Shown in pieces: positions 46,623 through 63,145 of a stretch of 64,000 nucleotides of DNA. The notes below the pieces were generated by a model. It saw nothing but the letters and a program-made list of their open reading frames with translations, was not told the DNA's origin and did no database searches. The stretch comes from Acidobacteriota bacterium (GTDB taxonomy: Bacteria > Acidobacteriota > UBA4820 > DSQY01), in assembly GCA_049967655.1 (NCBI GenBank), contig JBMFSH010000012.1, positions 11,746-75,745 on the forward strand. The letters are read 5' to 3'. Position numbers and translations under genes: made by a program. The first letter of the stretch is position 1; the number at the start of each line of letters is the position of its first letter.

Positions 46623-47003
46623 CTACTTCTTGGTGGCCTTCTTCTTTCCCGCGATGGCCCGCCTGGGGCCCTTGTGGGTCCTGGCGTTGGTGTGGGTCCG
46701 CTGGCCGTGCACGGGAAGGCCCGTACGGTGGCGGATGCCGCGGTAGGACCCGATGTCGATGAGCCTGCGGATGTCCATCTGGATCTTCTTGCGCAGATCG
46801 CCCTCGACGTTGCCTTCGTCGGTGATGACCTTGCGGATGCGGGAGACCTCATCCTCGGTCAGGTCCTTCACCCGGACGTCCCGGCTCACGTTGGCCTTGC
46901 CCAGAATCTCCTGGGCCCTGGACAGGCCGATCCCATAGATGTAAGTCAGCCCGATTTCGACCCGCTTGTTCAGGGGGAGATCGACTCCAGCAATACGCGC
47001 CAC
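46623..47003 (-). CDS. rpsM: 30S ribosomal protein S13
   Basis: GTG start, [26 protein letters not shown]. Confidence 0.97.
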   Translation of the reverse strand: MARIAGVDLPLNKRVEIGLTYIYGIGLSRAQEILGKANVSRDVRVKDLTEDEVSRIRKVITDEGNVEGDLRKKIQMDIRRLIDIGSYRGIRHRTGLPVHGQRTHTNARTHKGPRRAIAGKKKATKK

Positions 47004-47014
47004 GGCCTGCCTCC

Positions 47015-47128
47015 TTAACCTTGCCTCTGCTTGTGCTTCGGGTTGTCGCAGATCACCCGGACCACGCCCTTGCGCTTGATGATCTTGCACTTGGGGCAGA
47101 TTTTCTTGACCGAAGGTCTCACTTTCAT
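47015..47128 (-). CDS. rpmJ: 50S ribosomal protein L36 (Zn-ribbon type)
   Basis: Below the ORF-track cutoff. Manual translation: [37 protein letters not shown]. Confidence 0.97.
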   Translation of the reverse strand: MKVRPSVKKICPKCKIIKRKGVVRVICDNPKHKQRQG

Positions 47129-47142
47129 GGTTCTCTCTCCGC

Positions 47143-47364
47143 TCAGCTCTTGAACCGGTAGACGATGCGTCCGCGGTTCAGGTCATAAGGAGACAGCTCG
47201 ACCAGAATCTGATCGCCGGGCAGGATGCGGATGAAGTGCTTTCGCATCTTGCCCGAGATGTGGGCCAGCACCCTGTGGCCGCTCTCCAGCTCCACCCGGA
47301 ACATGGCGTTGGGGAGGGCCTCCTTCACTGTCGCCTTCATCTGGATTACGTCGTCCTTGCTCAT
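47143..47364 (-). CDS. infA: Translation initiation factor IF-1
   Basis: [28 protein letters not shown]. Confidence 0.98.
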   Translation of the reverse strand: MSKDDVIQMKATVKEALPNAMFRVELESGHRVLAHISGKMRKHFIRILPGDQILVELSPYDLNRGRIVYRFKS

Positions 47365-48113
47365 GCCCCCTCAATCCCCAGGATCCTGGGCCCGTTTTCG
47401 GTGACGGCCACGCTGTACTCGAAGTGAGCGGAGCGCTTTCCGTCCGCGGTCCGCACCGTCCACCCGTCCTCGTCCACCGTCACATCGTGACCACCCTCGT
47501 TGATCATGGGTTCGATGGCCAGCACCATGCCTACCTGCAGGCGCGGTCCCCGCCCGGGCTCCCCGAAGTTCGGTACCTGGGGTTCCTCGTGCAGGGCGCG
47601 CCCTATGCCGTGGCCCACGTAGTCGCGGACCACCGAAAAGCCTTGGCCCTCCGCGTATTCCTGAACGGCGTGGGACACGTCCGAAACGCGACTTCCCACG
47701 CGAACCTGTTCCACCCCCTTCTCGAGGGAGGTTCGGGTCACGGTCAGGAGGCGGACGCCTTCCGGATCCACGTCCCCCACCGGAAAGGTGCGGGCCGCAT
47801 CCCCATAGTATCCATCCACAATGGCGCCGAAGTCCAGCGAGACCAGGTCCCCCGGCTGAATCACCCGGGGCCCAGGGATGCCGTGCACGACCTCGTCGTT
47901 TACGGAGATGCAGACCGAGGCCGGGAATCCCCCGTAACCCTTGAAGGCGGGCTTGCCGCCCATCTGCTTGGTCAGGGACTCGGCCAGCCGGTCCAGATCC
48001 CGGAGCACGACGCCGGGCGCGAGCTCCTCGCCCAGTCGGTCCAGGACCGCGTGGACGATCCGGTTGGCCCGGTCCATGATCTCGATCTCTTCAGGCGCCT
48101 TCAAATGAATCAT
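47361..48113 (-). CDS. map: Methionine aminopeptidase type I
   Basis: [34 protein letters not shown]. Confidence 0.97.
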   Translation of the reverse strand: MIHLKAPEEIEIMDRANRIVHAVLDRLGEELAPGVVLRDLDRLAESLTKQMGGKPAFKGYGGFPASVCISVNDEVVHGIPGPRVIQPGDLVSLDFGAIVDGYYGDAARTFPVGDVDPEGVRLLTVTRTSLEKGVEQVRVGSRVSDVSHAVQEYAEGQGFSVVRDYVGHGIGRALHEEPQVPNFGEPGRGPRLQVGMVLAIEPMINEGGHDVTVDEDGWTVRTADGKRSAHFEYSVAVTENGPRILGIEGA

Positions 48114-48759
48114 CCAATCGCTCTCTCCAGGGCGGCGAGAACCTGGGAAGGTTCGCGGTCTCCCGGAACGGTCTTCAGGAGTCCCCGGCGGCGGTAGTGG
48201 TCGGACAGGGGTGCCGTCTTCTCGTGATACACGCGCAGCCGCTCGCGGATCACGTCTTCCCGGTCGTCGTCGCGCTGCACCAAGCCCGTGCCGCACTTGT
48301 CGCAAAGCCCCTCGCGCTTGGGGGGCGAAAAGACGAGGTTGTAGACGGTGCCGCAGCCGGGGCAGCTTCGCCGGCTCGACAGCCTCTTGACGATCACCTC
48401 GTCGGCCACTTCGAGTTCCAGGGCCAGCACGTCCTGCTTGCCCAGTTCCGCGAGGATCCCCTCCAGGATGGAAGCCTGGGAGAGGTTGCGCGGGTAGCCG
48501 TCCAGGATGAACCCCGGGCCGCAGTCGGCCTTGGCGAGCCGTTCCTTGATGATGCCGGTGAGCAGCTCGTCGGAGACCAGTCCGCCCGACTCCATCACGG
48601 CCTTCGCCTTCAGCCCGAGCGGCGTGCCCTCGCGAACGGCCTCGCGCAGCATGTCACCCGTGGAGATGTGCGGGACGCGCAACCGCGCCGCCAGCTCCTT
48701 GGCTTGGGTTCCCTTCCCCGCTCCAGGCGGTCCCAACAGCACCAGGTTCTTCTGGCTCA

Positions 48760-48760
<1 letters not shown>
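48110..48760 (-). CDS. adk: Adenylate kinase
   Basis: GPPGAGKGTQA, HISTGDMLR, LDGYPR, Zn-lid CPGC..CDKC. Confidence 0.98.
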
Positions 48761-50165
<1,405 letters not shown>

Positions 50166-50169
<4 letters not shown>

Positions 50170-50612
50170 GGCTTCCTCACCTCCGCCCGGCCGCCCGCTG
50201 CCTCAATGGCCTTGCGGGCGCTGTCCGAGAAGGCATCCGCCACGACCGTGATGGCGCGGTCCAACGATCCGCCGCCCAGAATCTTCACGGCGGAGCTCTC
50301 CTTGCGGATGAGGCCCGCGTGCTTCAGAACCTTGGCGTTGACCTCGCTGCCCGCCTCGAACCCGGCCAGCCGTGTCAGATTGACCACCTCGTACCGATGA
50401 GCAAAGAGGTTGGTGAACCCCCGCTTGGGGATTCGCCTCTGGAGGGGCATCTGGCCGCCCTCGAAGCCGGGGTTCTGGTGGAACCCGGAGCGGGACTTCT
50501 GGCCCTTCTCGCCCTTGCCGGCCGTCTTGCCCTTGCCGGAGCCAGGGCCGCGGCCGATCCGCTTGGGGCTCTTCTTTGCGCCTTTCGCCGGTCGCAACTC
50601 GGAGAGAAACAT
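50166..50612 (-). CDS. rplO: 50S ribosomal protein L15
   Basis: [26 protein letters not shown]. Confidence 0.97.
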
Positions 50613-50623
50613 GGGGGGCCTCC

Positions 50624-50830
50624 TTACGCTTCTTCGCTGACCCTGAGCAGGTGCTTGACCGCGAAGATCATGCCTCGAATCTCCGGCCGGTCGGGGTACC
50701 TGTGGGTGCGGTTGAGTTTTCTGAGCCCCATGCTCCAGGTGACGCGGCGGAGCTTCTCGGTGCCCGGGCGGCGGATCAGGGTCACCACCAACTGCTTTTC
50801 CTTGGTCGCCTTTTTCTTTCTCTCAGCCAT
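50624..50830 (-). CDS. rpmD: 50S ribosomal protein L30
   Basis: GLRKLN...PEIRGMI..VKHLL; position between rpsE and rplO. Confidence 0.9.
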   Translation of the reverse strand: MAERKKKATKEKQLVVTLIRRPGTEKLRRVTWSMGLRKLNRTHRYPDRPEIRGMIFAVKHLLRVSEEA

Positions 50831-50833
50831 GGC

Positions 50834-51334
50834 CTACCCCACGATCTCTTCAAGAGCTTTGCCGCGCTTGCGGGCGACGCTCTCGGGGCTCTGGAGCTTC
50901 AGAAGGCCCTCCACGGCCGCCTTCACCACGTTCTGCGGGTTGTTCGTGCCCACGCACTTGGTCAGGATGTCCTGGATGCCCGCGGCCTCCATGACGGCCC
51001 GGATGGCCCCGCCCGCGATGACGCCCGTCCCCTTCGACGCGGGGCGGAGGATCACGTGGCCGGCGCCGAAGCGGCCCTCCACGTAGTGTGGGATGGTATT
51101 GCCCTGGAGGGGGACCCTCACCATGCATCGCTTCGCCTGTTCAATCCCCTTCGAGATCGCCAAAGGCACCTCGCGGGCCTTGCCCAGGCCGAATCCCACC
51201 TTGCCGTTGCCGTCCCCCACGACCACGAGGGCCGAGAACGAGAAGTTCTTTCCGCCCTTGACGACCTTGGTGACGCGGCGGATGGAAACCACCTGTTCGC
51301 GCAGCTCCACTTCGCTGGAGTTTCTCTCTTCCAT
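50834..51334 (-). CDS. rpsE: 30S ribosomal protein S5
   Basis: [23 protein letters not shown]. Confidence 0.98.
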   Translation of the reverse strand: MEERNSSEVELREQVVSIRRVTKVVKGGKNFSFSALVVVGDGNGKVGFGLGKAREVPLAISKGIEQAKRCMVRVPLQGNTIPHYVEGRFGAGHVILRPASKGTGVIAGGAIRAVMEAAGIQDILTKCVGTNNPQNVVKAAVEGLLKLQSPESVARKRGKALEEIVG

Positions 51335-51344
51335 GCCCGCGCTC

Positions 51345-51722
51345 CTAGAACTGGAGGCCGCCCTTGCGGGCGCCCTCGGCGACGGCCTTGACCCGTCCGT
51401 GGTAAACGTAGCCGCTGCGGTCGAACACGACGGCCTCGATTCCCTTGGCCTTCAGGCGCTCCGAGACGAGCTGCCCGAGCTGCTCGGCCACCGAGAGGTG
51501 CTTCCCGGAGGTCTTTAGCTTGGCCTTCAGCTCGGGCTCTAGGGAGGAAGCGGCCGCCACCGTCGCCCCGGTGGTATCGTCCACGGCCTGCACGTAAATG
51601 TAGCGGGTGCTCTTGAAGACGCAGAGCCGGGGCTTCTGCGGCGTGCCCTCCATCCGTTTCCGGATGCGGAGCTTTCGCCACGCTCTCTTCTCACTGCGGT
51701 CCGCATGCGTCCATTTCGACAT
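51345..51722 (-). CDS. rplR: 50S ribosomal protein L18
   Basis: [22 protein letters not shown]. Confidence 0.97.
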   Translation of the reverse strand: MSKWTHADRSEKRAWRKLRIRKRMEGTPQKPRLCVFKSTRYIYVQAVDDTTGATVAAASSLEPELKAKLKTSGKHLSVAEQLGQLVSERLKAKGIEAVVFDRSGYVYHGRVKAVAEGARKGGLQF

Positions 51723-51740
51723 GGCTTCTTCCCCGTGCCT

Positions 51741-52277
51741 TTACTTCGCGGCCTTGCCGGCCTTGCGGATGATCTTTTCACCCGTGTACATGACGCCCTT
51801 GCCCTTGTACGGTTCGGGCTTCTTCATGGCTCGGATCTGCGCGGCCACCTGGCCTACCGACTGGCGGTCGGCTCCGGTCACCACCACGTGGGTGGATTTC
51901 TCCACCGCGATCTCGATCCCCTCGGGGATGGGAAACTCGATGGGATGCGAATAGCCCAGGTTGAAGACCGCCTTGCGGCCCTCCACGTTGGCCTTGTAGC
52001 CCACCCCCACGATGTCCAGCTCCTTCTTGTACCCCTGCGTGACCCCGTGAACGGCGTTGGCCAGAAGGGCGCGGGTCAGGCCATGGAAGGCCCGGCAGGA
52101 CTGCGTGTCGTCCGCGCGACTGATTCGCAGCTCCTTGCCCTCCAGGGCGCAGGAGATGCCCGGGAGAACCGGCGTGCGGAGGAGCCCCTTGGGGCCCTTC
52201 ACCTCCACGTGGTCCTCGCCGATGACCACCTGAACTTTGTCAGGGACGGGGATGGGCATTTTTCCGACGCGCGACAT
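51741..52277 (-). CDS. rplF: 50S ribosomal protein L6
   Basis: MSRVGK, GVGYKA, PEPYKGKG. Confidence 0.98.
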   Translation of the reverse strand: MSRVGKMPIPVPDKVQVVIGEDHVEVKGPKGLLRTPVLPGISCALEGKELRISRADDTQSCRAFHGLTRALLANAVHGVTQGYKKELDIVGVGYKANVEGRKAVFNLGYSHPIEFPIPEGIEIAVEKSTHVVVTGADRQSVGQVAAQIRAMKKPEPYKGKGVMYTGEKIIRKAGKAAK

Positions 52278-52286
52278 ACTCCCCTC

Positions 52287-52685
52287 CTACCAGACCCTGC
52301 ACAGGAGCTCGCCGCCCACGCCTTCGCGGCGGGCGGCCTTGTCCGTCAGGACGCCATGGGAGGTGCTCAGGATGGAGATCCCCAGCCCTCCCAGGACCGG
52401 TTTCACGTCATCCCGCCGCATGTAAAGGCGGCGGCCCGGGCGGGAGGCCCGCTCGATGCCGGCGATCACGGGGCGCCCCTCGTTGGTGTACTTGAGGTCC
52501 ACCCGCAGGATCCCCTGCTTCGCGTCTTCGGTCACCTTGAAGTTCAGTACGTAGCCCTCTTCCTTGAGGAGCTTGGCCACCTCCACCTTGAGGTTGGAGG
52601 AGGGCATCTCCACGTAGGCCTTGCGGCTGGAGAGTCCGTTGCGGATGCGGGTCAGGAAGTCGGCGATGGGATCGGTCATCGTCAT
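52287..52685 (-). CDS. rpsH: 30S ribosomal protein S8
   Basis: [26 protein letters not shown]. Confidence 0.98.
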   Translation of the reverse strand: MTMTDPIADFLTRIRNGLSSRKAYVEMPSSNLKVEVAKLLKEEGYVLNFKVTEDAKQGILRVDLKYTNEGRPVIAGIERASRPGRRLYMRRDDVKPVLGGLGISILSTSHGVLTDKAARREGVGGELLCRVW

Positions 52686-52694
52686 CGCGTCACC

Positions 52695-52880
52695 TCACCA
52701 CGACGCCTTGGTCACGCCCGGAAGCTGGCCCGCCAGCGCGAGCTCGCGCAGGCAACAGCGACAGAGGGCAAACTTGCGGTAGTACCCGCGGGGCCTCCCG
52801 CAGCGCCTGCAGCGGTTGCGGTAACGAACGGCGAACTTGGGCTTCTTTTCCATTTTGGCGAACATGCGAATGCTGGCCAT
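52695..52880 (-). CDS. rpsN: 30S ribosomal protein S14 type Z
   Basis: RCRRCGRPR...LCRCC...PGVTKASW. Confidence 0.97.
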   Translation of the reverse strand: MASIRMFAKMEKKPKFAVRYRNRCRRCGRPRGYYRKFALCRCCLRELALAGQLPGVTKASW

Positions 52881-52890
52881 CCTTGGTCTC

Positions 52891-53439
52891 CTACTTGCGG
52901 AATGGCATCCCGAAATGCCGAAGGAGGGCCTTCGCTTCGGGGTCCGTTTTGGCCGTGGTGCCGATCGTGATGTTCATGCCCATGGCCTTCGTGATCTTGT
53001 TATATTCCACCTCGGGAAAGATCAGCTGATCCTTCACTCCGAGGGTGTAGTTGCCGTGCCCGTCGAAGGAGCGGTCCGACAGCCCCCTGAAGTCGCGCAT
53101 CCGGGGGATGGCCAGGGAGATGAGCCGATCCAGGAACTCGTACATGCGGTCGCCGCGGAGGGTGACCATGGCGCCGATGGGCTGACCCTGGCGAAGCTTG
53201 AAGTTCGAGATCGACTTGCGGGCCCGCCGGACGGCCGCCCTCTGACCGGAGAGGGTGGTGAGCGTCTCCACCGCCTCGTCCAGAAGCTTGATCTCGCTCT
53301 TGGCCTCGCCCATGCCCATGTTGATGGTGACCTTCGTCAGTTTGGGAACGGCCATGACGTTACGATATTGGAACTCCTGCTGCATGCGCGGCAGGACCTC
53401 CTTTCCGTAGAACTCTCTGAGGCGCGGCTGCTTCTTCAT
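52891..53439 (-). CDS. rplE: 50S ribosomal protein L5
   Basis: [27 protein letters not shown]. Confidence 0.98.
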   Translation of the reverse strand: MKKQPRLREFYGKEVLPRMQQEFQYRNVMAVPKLTKVTINMGMGEAKSEIKLLDEAVETLTTLSGQRAAVRRARKSISNFKLRQGQPIGAMVTLRGDRMYEFLDRLISLAIPRMRDFRGLSDRSFDGHGNYTLGVKDQLIFPEVEYNKITKAMGMNITIGTTAKTDPEAKALLRHFGMPFRK

Positions 53440-53449
53440 GACTGTCCCC

Positions 53450-53767
53450 TTAGTCCTGCGCGGCGTCGCACTTCTTGCAGACGCGCATCTTCCTGCCCTC
53501 GCGGGTCTGGAAGGAGAAGCGGGTGGGCTCCTGGCACTCCTTGCAGATGCCCATGAGCTTGGAGAGCGGAAGCGACGCCTCCTTCTCCAGGATGCCTCCC
53601 TTGATATTCTTTTGCGGATTGGCCTTGGTGTGCCGCTTCACGAAATTGACGTTCTCCACCACGGCGATGGCCTTGCCCGGGTCCACGCTCAGCACGCGCC
53701 CGCGCTTGCCCTTCTCCCTGCCGGAGAGAATCAAGACTTGGTCGTTCTTCTTAATCCGGTTGCCCAC
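53450..53767 (-). CDS. rplX: 50S ribosomal protein L24
   Basis: [22 protein letters not shown]. Confidence 0.96.
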   Translation of the reverse strand: MGNRIKKNDQVLILSGREKGKRGRVLSVDPGKAIAVVENVNFVKRHTKANPQKNIKGGILEKEASLPLSKLMGICKECQEPTRFSFQTREGRKMRVCKKCDAAQD

Positions 53768-53779
53768 GGCGTGCCCCTC

Positions 53780-54151
53780 TCAGATCACCTCGGGGGCCAG
53801 GGAAACGATCTTCATGAACCGCTTCTCCCTGAGCTCCCGTGCGACAGGTCCAAAGACGCGGGTACCGATGGGCTCGCCCTTGTCGTCCACCAGCACGGCC
53901 GCGTTGTTGTCGAAACGGATGTAGGAGCCGTCCCGGCGCCGCGTCTCCTTGACGGTGCGCACGACCACGGCCTTCACCACCTTCCCCTTCTTGATGTTGC
54001 CCTGGGGCGCCGCCTCCTTGACGGAGCACGTGATGATGTCGCCGAGGCCGGCGTAGCGCCCGGTCGTGGAGCCCCCCTTCATGTGGATGCAGAAGAGCTT
54101 CTTGGCCCCGGAATTGTCCGCTACCTGCAGGATGGTCCCCATCTGGATCAT
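53780..54151 (-). CDS. rplN: 50S ribosomal protein L14
   Basis: [28 protein letters not shown]. Confidence 0.98.
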   Translation of the reverse strand: MIQMGTILQVADNSGAKKLFCIHMKGGSTTGRYAGLGDIITCSVKEAAPQGNIKKGKVVKAVVVRTVKETRRRDGSYIRFDNNAAVLVDDKGEPIGTRVFGPVARELREKRFMKIVSLAPEVI

Positions 54152-54170
54152 GGCTGTCTCCTAAGGCCGA

Positions 54171-54449
54171 TCAGCGGGCTTTCTCCAGGACTTCCTTAAC
54201 GGCCCAGTGCTTGTCCCGGCTCAGGGGGCGGGTCTCGACGATGAGGACCGTGTCCCCCACCCCGCACTGGTTCTTCTCGTCGTGCGCCTTGAAGCGGTTG
54301 GTCCGCTTGACCACCTTCTTGTAGGCTGGATGGAAGATGCGGCGCTCCACCTGCACGACCACCGTCTTGTCCATCTTGTCCGACACCACCAACCCCACCT
54401 TGGTGGCGTGGTGGCGGGTCTCCTTCGTGGCATTCGCGTCCATGCTCAA
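54171..54449 (-). CDS. rpsQ: 30S ribosomal protein S17 (start may be 54443)
   Basis: [23 protein letters not shown]. Confidence 0.97.
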   Translation of the reverse strand: MSMDANATKETRHHATKVGLVVSDKMDKTVVVQVERRIFHPAYKKVVKRTNRFKAHDEKNQCGVGDTVLIVETRPLSRDKHWAVKEVLEKAR

Positions 54450-54670
54450 CTCCCCTGGGCCGCCCGCTGCTTCTCGGCCAAGACTGTCTTCACCCGTGCC
54501 AGGCCGTGCCGGTAAGCGCGGATCAGCTGCGGATTCTCGATCTGGCCGGACGCCAGCTGGAAGCGGAGCTTCATGAGGTGCTCCGTGATCTCCTGCTCTT
54601 CGCGCCTGAGTTCATCCACGCCCAGGTCGCGGATCTTGGCCGGTCTCTTGAGATCCTGTGGCTTCATCAT
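54446..54670 (-). CDS. rpmC: 50S ribosomal protein L29
   Basis: [23 protein letters not shown]; position. Confidence 0.93.
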   Translation of the reverse strand: MMKPQDLKRPAKIRDLGVDELRREEQEITEHLMKLRFQLASGQIENPQLIRAYRHGLARVKTVLAEKQRAAQGS

Positions 54671-55092
54671 AGCGAGAACTCCTGGTCCTTCCGGGCCACG
54701 AACCGGGTCTTGATGGGAAGCTTGTGGGCCGCGAGACGGAAGGCCTCCTGGGCGATGTCCAGGGTCACCCCCTCGAGCTCGAAGAGGACGCGGCCCGGCT
54801 TGACCACCGCCACCCACCCCTCCGGATTGCCCTTTCCCTTGCCCATACGGGTTTCAAGGGGCTTCTTGGTGAAGGGCTTGTCCGGGAAGATGCGGATCCA
54901 GAGCTTGCCGCCCCTCTTGATGGAGCGGTTGATGGCGACGCGGCTCGCCTCGATCTGCCGGTTCGTGATCCACGCGCATTCCAAGGCCATCAGGCCGTAA
55001 TCGCCGAAGTCCACGTGACTCCCGCGGGTGGCCACTCCGGCGCGGCGCCCCTTCATCTGTTTCCTGTACTTGACCTTCTTTGGCATCAACAT
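54667..55092 (-). CDS. rplP: 50S ribosomal protein L16
   Basis: [25 protein letters not shown]. Confidence 0.98.
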   Translation of the reverse strand: MLMPKKVKYRKQMKGRRAGVATRGSHVDFGDYGLMALECAWITNRQIEASRVAINRSIKRGGKLWIRIFPDKPFTKKPLETRMGKGKGNPEGWVAVVKPGRVLFELEGVTLDIAQEAFRLAAHKLPIKTRFVARKDQEFSL

Positions 55093-55110
55093 GGTGCTGC
55101 TCCCGGCGGC

Positions 55111-55740
55111 TTACTTGCCGACCTTCTGGCCCTTGTAGATCCACACCTTGACGCCGATGACCCCGTAGGTGGTCCTGGCCTCGGCGAAGCCGTAGTCGAT
55201 GTCGCTGCGCAGCGTCTGCAACGGCAGGCGCCCTTCAAGATACCACTCGGACCGCGCGATTTCGGCCCCATTCAGGCGACCGGCCACGCGGATCTTGATG
55301 CCGAGCGCCCCAAACTTGCCGGCCATCTCGATGGCCCGCTTCATGGCCCGGCGGAAGGCCACGCGCTTGTTCAGCTGGAGGGCGATGGATTCGGCCACCA
55401 GCTGGGATTCGATCTCGGGCCGGTGGATCTCCTCGATCTTGATGTAGACCTCGCGGCCGAGGCGTCGCTGGACCTCTTCTTTGAGACGGTCCACCTCCGC
55501 GCCCTTCTTACCGATGATGATGCCGGGGCGGCTGGTGAACACCGTGATGGTGAGCTTCTTGCCGGCCCGCTCCAGATCGACGCGGGATACCCCGGCGTGC
55601 CGCAGGCGCCCCAGGAGCTCCTTCCGAAGCTTGAGATCCTCGTGGAGCAGGGACTTGTAATCCTTCTTCGCGAACCAGCGGGACTCCCAGTCCTTGTTGA
55701 ATCCTACCCGGAAGCCTACGGGGTTAACTTTCTGACCCAA
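55111..55740 (-). CDS. rpsC: 30S ribosomal protein S3 (TTG start)
   Basis: [33 protein letters not shown]. Confidence 0.98.
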   Translation of the reverse strand: MGQKVNPVGFRVGFNKDWESRWFAKKDYKSLLHEDLKLRKELLGRLRHAGVSRVDLERAGKKLTITVFTSRPGIIIGKKGAEVDRLKEEVQRRLGREVYIKIEEIHRPEIESQLVAESIALQLNKRVAFRRAMKRAIEMAGKFGALGIKIRVAGRLNGAEIARSEWYLEGRLPLQTLRSDIDYGFAEARTTYGVIGVKVWIYKGQKVGK

Positions 55741-55758
55741 AGCTCACCTCCAAAGTCC

Positions 55759-55850
55759 AGTGCCGAGTGCCGAGTACTGAGGCGCGGTATCACTCCCGCT
55801 CTCCCTCGCAGCCTGCCTGGCTCAGTCCTCAGTGCTCACTCCTCAGTCCT
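55759..55850. repeat. Two inverted arrays of 7-bp tandem repeats in the rplV-rpsC spacer
   Basis: AGTGCCG AGTGCCG AGTACTG AG versus CTCAGTC CTCAGTG CTCACTC CTCAGTC CT. Confidence 0.75.
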
Positions 55851-55855
55851 GACCG

Positions 55856-56212
55856 CTACCTCTTCTCGTCCAAACCGATGGTGATGTGACTCTGACGCTT
55901 CACGAAGCGGTAGGCCCGGCCCATGGGGGCGGGCAGGGTCCGCTTCCGAAACTTCAGCGAGGCGCCGTCCACGAAGATCGTCGACACCACCAGATTGTCC
56001 ACGTCCACCTGCCGGTTCGGCAGGCTCTCGGCATTGGCCACGGCCGCCTTGAGAAGCTTCTGCAGGTGCCGGGCGGCGCGCTTCTTGGTGAAGCGCAGGA
56101 TGGCCAACGCATCCCCGACAGAACGGCCCCGGATCATGTCCGCCACGAGGCGGGCCTTCTGGGGCGAGCTGTCCACGTATTTGGCGACGGCTTTCACGAT
56201 CATGGCGGCCAC
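55856..56212 (-). CDS. rplV: 50S ribosomal protein L22
   Basis: SPQKARLVAD.IRG, AVANAE, SHITI. Confidence 0.97.
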   Translation of the reverse strand: MAAMIVKAVAKYVDSSPQKARLVADMIRGRSVGDALAILRFTKKRAARHLQKLLKAAVANAESLPNRQVDVDNLVVSTIFVDGASLKFRKRTLPAPMGRAYRFVKRQSHITIGLDEKR

Positions 56213-56213
56213 C

Positions 56214-56495
56214 TTACTTGACCTCTCCCTTTTTCCTGTCTCCCGAGTGCCCCCGGAAGGTGCGCGTGGGGGCGAACTCGCCGAGCCGGTTACCGATCAT
56301 GTTTTCCGTGACGTAGACCGGCACGAACTTCTTCCCGTTGTGGACCGCGATGGTGTGGTTCAGCATGGCCGGCACGATCATCGAACGGCGGCTCCAGGTC
56401 TTGATGACGCTCTTCTTGCCCGAGGCGTTCAGGGCGTCCACCTTGCGCATCAGGTGGTCGTCCACGAAGGGGCCTTTCTTCAGGGACCGCGACAT
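56214..56495 (-). CDS. rpsS: 30S ribosomal protein S19
   Basis: [23 protein letters not shown]. Confidence 0.98.
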   Translation of the reverse strand: MSRSLKKGPFVDDHLMRKVDALNASGKKSVIKTWSRRSMIVPAMLNHTIAVHNGKKFVPVYVTENMIGNRLGEFAPTRTFRGHSGDRKKGEVK

Positions 56496-56496
56496 T

Positions 56497-57318
56497 CTAG
56501 GCTCTCCTCTTGACGATAAACCGGGCCGTCCGCTTGTTCCGGCGGGTCTTGTAGCCCTTGGTGGGGACGCCCCAGGGGGTCACCGGATGGCGCCCGCCCT
56601 TGGACTTGCCCTCACCGCCGCCGTGGGGGTGGTCCACCGGGTTCATGGCCGTGCCGCGGACCTTCGGCCTGCGGCCGAGCCAGCGATTGCGTCCGGCCTT
56701 CCCCAGGCTGAGGTTCTGGTGCTCCAGGTTGCCGACCTGTCCCACGGTGGCGTAGCAGTTGATGCTGACGTAGCGCATCTCGCCCGAGGGCATGCGGAGT
56801 GTTGCCAGTCGGCCCTCCTTGGCCATCAGCTGGGCCGAGGCTCCCGCCGCCCGCGCCATCTGGCCGCCGCCCCCCTCGTGGAGCTCGATGTTGTGGATCA
56901 TGGTGCCGACGGGGATCTTGCGGAGGGGAAGCGCGTTGCCCACCACCACTTCGGCCTCCTCGCCCGCCATGATCGCCTGGCCCACCTGCAGCCCCTCGGG
57001 GCAGAGGATGTAGCGCTTCTCGCCGTCGGCGTAATTCAGCAGCGCGATGCGGCAGGTCCGGTTGGGGTCGTACTCGACGGCGGCCACCTTGGCCGGGATC
57101 CCGCGCTTGCCGCGCTTGAAGTCGATGATGCGGTACCGGCGCTTGTGGCCGCCGCCACGCCGGCGCACGGTGACGTGGCCGTGGGCGTTGCGGCAGCTCG
57201 TCCGGGTCTTCTTCTCCAAAAGCCGCTTTTCGGGCTCGGTCTTGGTCACCTCTTCGAAGGTTGAAGTGGTGATGTAGCGGCGGCTGGGAGTTACCGGTTT
57301 ATAGGTCTTGATGCCCAT
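56497..57318 (-). CDS. rplB: 50S ribosomal protein L2
   Basis: [19 protein letters not shown]. Confidence 0.98.
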   Translation of the reverse strand: MGIKTYKPVTPSRRYITTSTFEEVTKTEPEKRLLEKKTRTSCRNAHGHVTVRRRGGGHKRRYRIIDFKRGKRGIPAKVAAVEYDPNRTCRIALLNYADGEKRYILCPEGLQVGQAIMAGEEAEVVVGNALPLRKIPVGTMIHNIELHEGGGGQMARAAGASAQLMAKEGRLATLRMPSGEMRYVSINCYATVGQVGNLEHQNLSLGKAGRNRWLGRRPKVRGTAMNPVDHPHGGGEGKSKGGRHPVTPWGVPTKGYKTRRNKRTARFIVKRRA

Positions 57319-57328
57319 GGATGTCCCC

Positions 57329-57622
57329 TTACACTCCCTCGAAGTACTCGATGGGTTTGGCGCCCTTGGCGAGCTTCACGTAGGCCTTCTTCCAATCGGC
57401 GCGCTTGCCTTCGGACCGGCCGACCCTCTTGTTCTTCCCAAGGACGTTCACGACCCGCACGGTCTCCACCTTGGTGCCGAAGATCTTCTCCACGGCGTAG
57501 GCGATCTCGATCTTGTTGGCCTTCGGATCGACCTGGAAAGCGACCGTGTGCGCGCGCTCCTTGGCGATGAGGTTCTTCTCCGTCAGGAGCGGGCGAATGA
57601 TGATACTGTGGGGGCTCCTCAT
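57329..57622 (-). CDS. rplW: 50S ribosomal protein L23
   Basis: PLLTEK, ANKIEI, WKKAYV. Confidence 0.97.
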   Translation of the reverse strand: MRSPHSIIIRPLLTEKNLIAKERAHTVAFQVDPKANKIEIAYAVEKIFGTKVETVRVVNVLGKNKRVGRSEGKRADWKKAYVKLAKGAKPIEYFEGV

Positions 57623-58248
57623 GGCTTGAGAACCTCCGAGAGGCGCGCGAGCGCCGGCTCTGTTAAGACGACCATCTCGTAGCGAGCGAGGTCGTAGATG
57701 TTCACCTCGTCCACGCCCGTCACCTTAACGCCCGGAACGTTCCTGCTGGCCAGCCGGAGGGGCTCGGAGACGGCCGAGTCCACGAACAGCACCGTCTTGT
57801 GGGCGTCCAGGATGGGAGCGTAGCGGGAGAGGAACTCCTTCGTGCGGTGGCTCTCCACGGCGAAGCCCTCCATCACCGCCAGCATGCCCCGGCGGATCCG
57901 CTCCGACAGGAGGCTTCGCATGGCGCCGCGGCGGATCTTCTTGGGGATCGAGTAAGAGTAGTCGCGCGGCTTGGGGCCGAAGACGATGCCGCCGTGGTAC
58001 CAGAGCGGGGAGCGGATCTCGCCCATGCGGGCCCGCCCCGTGTGCTTCTGCTTCCACAGCTTCTTGCCCGAGCCCGAGACCTCGTCGCGCCGCTTGGTGG
58101 AATGGGTCCCCAGACGCTGGTTGGCAAGGAAGTTCCGCACCGCCTCGTAGATGAGGTCGCGGCGGTAGGGGGTCGCGAAGACCTCTTCGGGCAGGTTGAG
58201 CTCCCTGCTGACTTCATTGGATGCGTTGATCACTGGAATGTTAGCCAT
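57619..58248 (-). CDS. rplD: 50S ribosomal protein L4
   Basis: KLWKQKHTGRAR, GGIVFGPKPRDY. Confidence 0.97.
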   Translation of the reverse strand: MANIPVINASNEVSRELNLPEEVFATPYRRDLIYEAVRNFLANQRLGTHSTKRRDEVSGSGKKLWKQKHTGRARMGEIRSPLWYHGGIVFGPKPRDYSYSIPKKIRRGAMRSLLSERIRRGMLAVMEGFAVESHRTKEFLSRYAPILDAHKTVLFVDSAVSEPLRLASRNVPGVKVTGVDEVNIYDLARYEMVVLTEPALARLSEVLKP

Positions 58249-58259
58249 CGCTCAACCCC

Positions 58260-58883
58260 TCACCGTATGCCGTGGATCGTCAGGAGTCCGCCCCTGGGAC
58301 CGGGCACGGCGCCGCGGATCAGCAGCAGGCCCCGCTCCGCGTCCACCAGGACGAGCCTCAGGTTCTTGACGGTTACCCGGCCGTTGCCCATCTGCCCACC
58401 CATCTTGGTGCCCTTGAAGACCCTGGAGGGGTCCGAAGAGGCGCCGATGGAGCCCGGAGCGCGATGGAACATGGAGCCGTGCGTGGCCCGGCCGCCGCGG
58501 AAGTGGTGGCGCCTGACGACGCCCTGGAAGCCCTTGCCCTTGCTGGTCCCGATCACCTCCACCACCTGGATGTCCTTGAAGAGATCCACGGTGATGGTGT
58601 TGCCCGGAACCAGGTCTGGGAATTCGCCCCGCAGCTCGCGAACGGCGCGGACGGAGCCGGCTCCGGCCTTCTTCAGGTGTCCCGCCTGGGGCTTGGTGAT
58701 GGCCCGCCGGCCCACCTTCTCCACGAGCCCCACCTGCACCGCGTGGTAACCGTCGGTCGTGGGGGACTTCTTCTGGAGCACGACGCAGGGGCCGGCAGCC
58801 ACGACGGTCACGGGCACTACCGCCCTGGTCTCGTCGAAGATCTGCGTCATGCCAACCTTGCGTCCCAAGATTCCGATCTTCAT
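58260..58883 (-). CDS. rplC: 50S ribosomal protein L3
   Basis: GRKVGMTQ, KGKGFQG, HRAPGSIG, GAVPG. Confidence 0.98.
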   Translation of the reverse strand: MKIGILGRKVGMTQIFDETRAVVPVTVVAAGPCVVLQKKSPTTDGYHAVQVGLVEKVGRRAITKPQAGHLKKAGAGSVRAVRELRGEFPDLVPGNTITVDLFKDIQVVEVIGTSKGKGFQGVVRRHHFRGGRATHGSMFHRAPGSIGASSDPSRVFKGTKMGGQMGNGRVTVKNLRLVLVDAERGLLLIRGAVPGPRGGLLTIHGIR

Positions 58884-58962
58884 GATCTCTCCTCAAGCAG
58901 AGGTCGCCCGAGGGCGACGTGCCCGCCCCGTCCATGGTGCGGCGGGGATCCGGGGGCCAGTG

Positions 58963-59280
58963 TCACTTCGTGAAGGCCTTGATCTCCACATCCACCCCGG
59001 GCGGCAGGTTCAGCTTCATGAGCGCGTCCACGGTCTGCGGCGTGGGGTCGTAGATGTCCAGCAGCCGCTTGTGGGTGCGCATCTCGAACTGTTCCCTGGA
59101 CTTCTTGTCCACGTGGGGAGATCGGTTGACGGTCCAGATGGTTCGGTCCGTGGGCAGGGGGATCGGCCCCTTCACCCTCGCACCGGTCCTCTTGGCCGTC
59201 TCCACGATCTCCTTGGTGGAGCGGTCCAGGATCCAGTAGTCGTAAGCCAAAAGGCGTATCCGGATCTTTTCGTTCAGCAT
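58963..59280 (-). CDS. rpsJ: 30S ribosomal protein S10
   Basis: [27 protein letters not shown]. Confidence 0.98.
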   Translation of the reverse strand: MLNEKIRIRLLAYDYWILDRSTKEIVETAKRTGARVKGPIPLPTDRTIWTVNRSPHVDKKSREQFEMRTHKRLLDIYDPTPQTVDALMKLNLPPGVDVEIKAFTK

Positions 59281-59286
59281 GAGCTC

Positions 59287-60495
<1,209 letters not shown>

Positions 60496-60510
60496 CCTCA
60501 GCCTCCTTGA

Positions 60511-62595
<2,085 letters not shown>

Positions 62596-62604
62596 GCCTT
62601 CTCC

Positions 62605-63099
<495 letters not shown>

Positions 63100-63145
63100 T
63101 CAAAGAGCAACGGCCCCACTGGGGGCCCGGGTGGCGAGGGAACTG

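Noticed and set aside
55759..55850. CRISPR array or CIRCE element
   Set aside because: Units are 7 bp with no spacers and no cas genes. The GAGTGC/GCACTC similarity lacks the CIRCE arms and 9-nt spacing.
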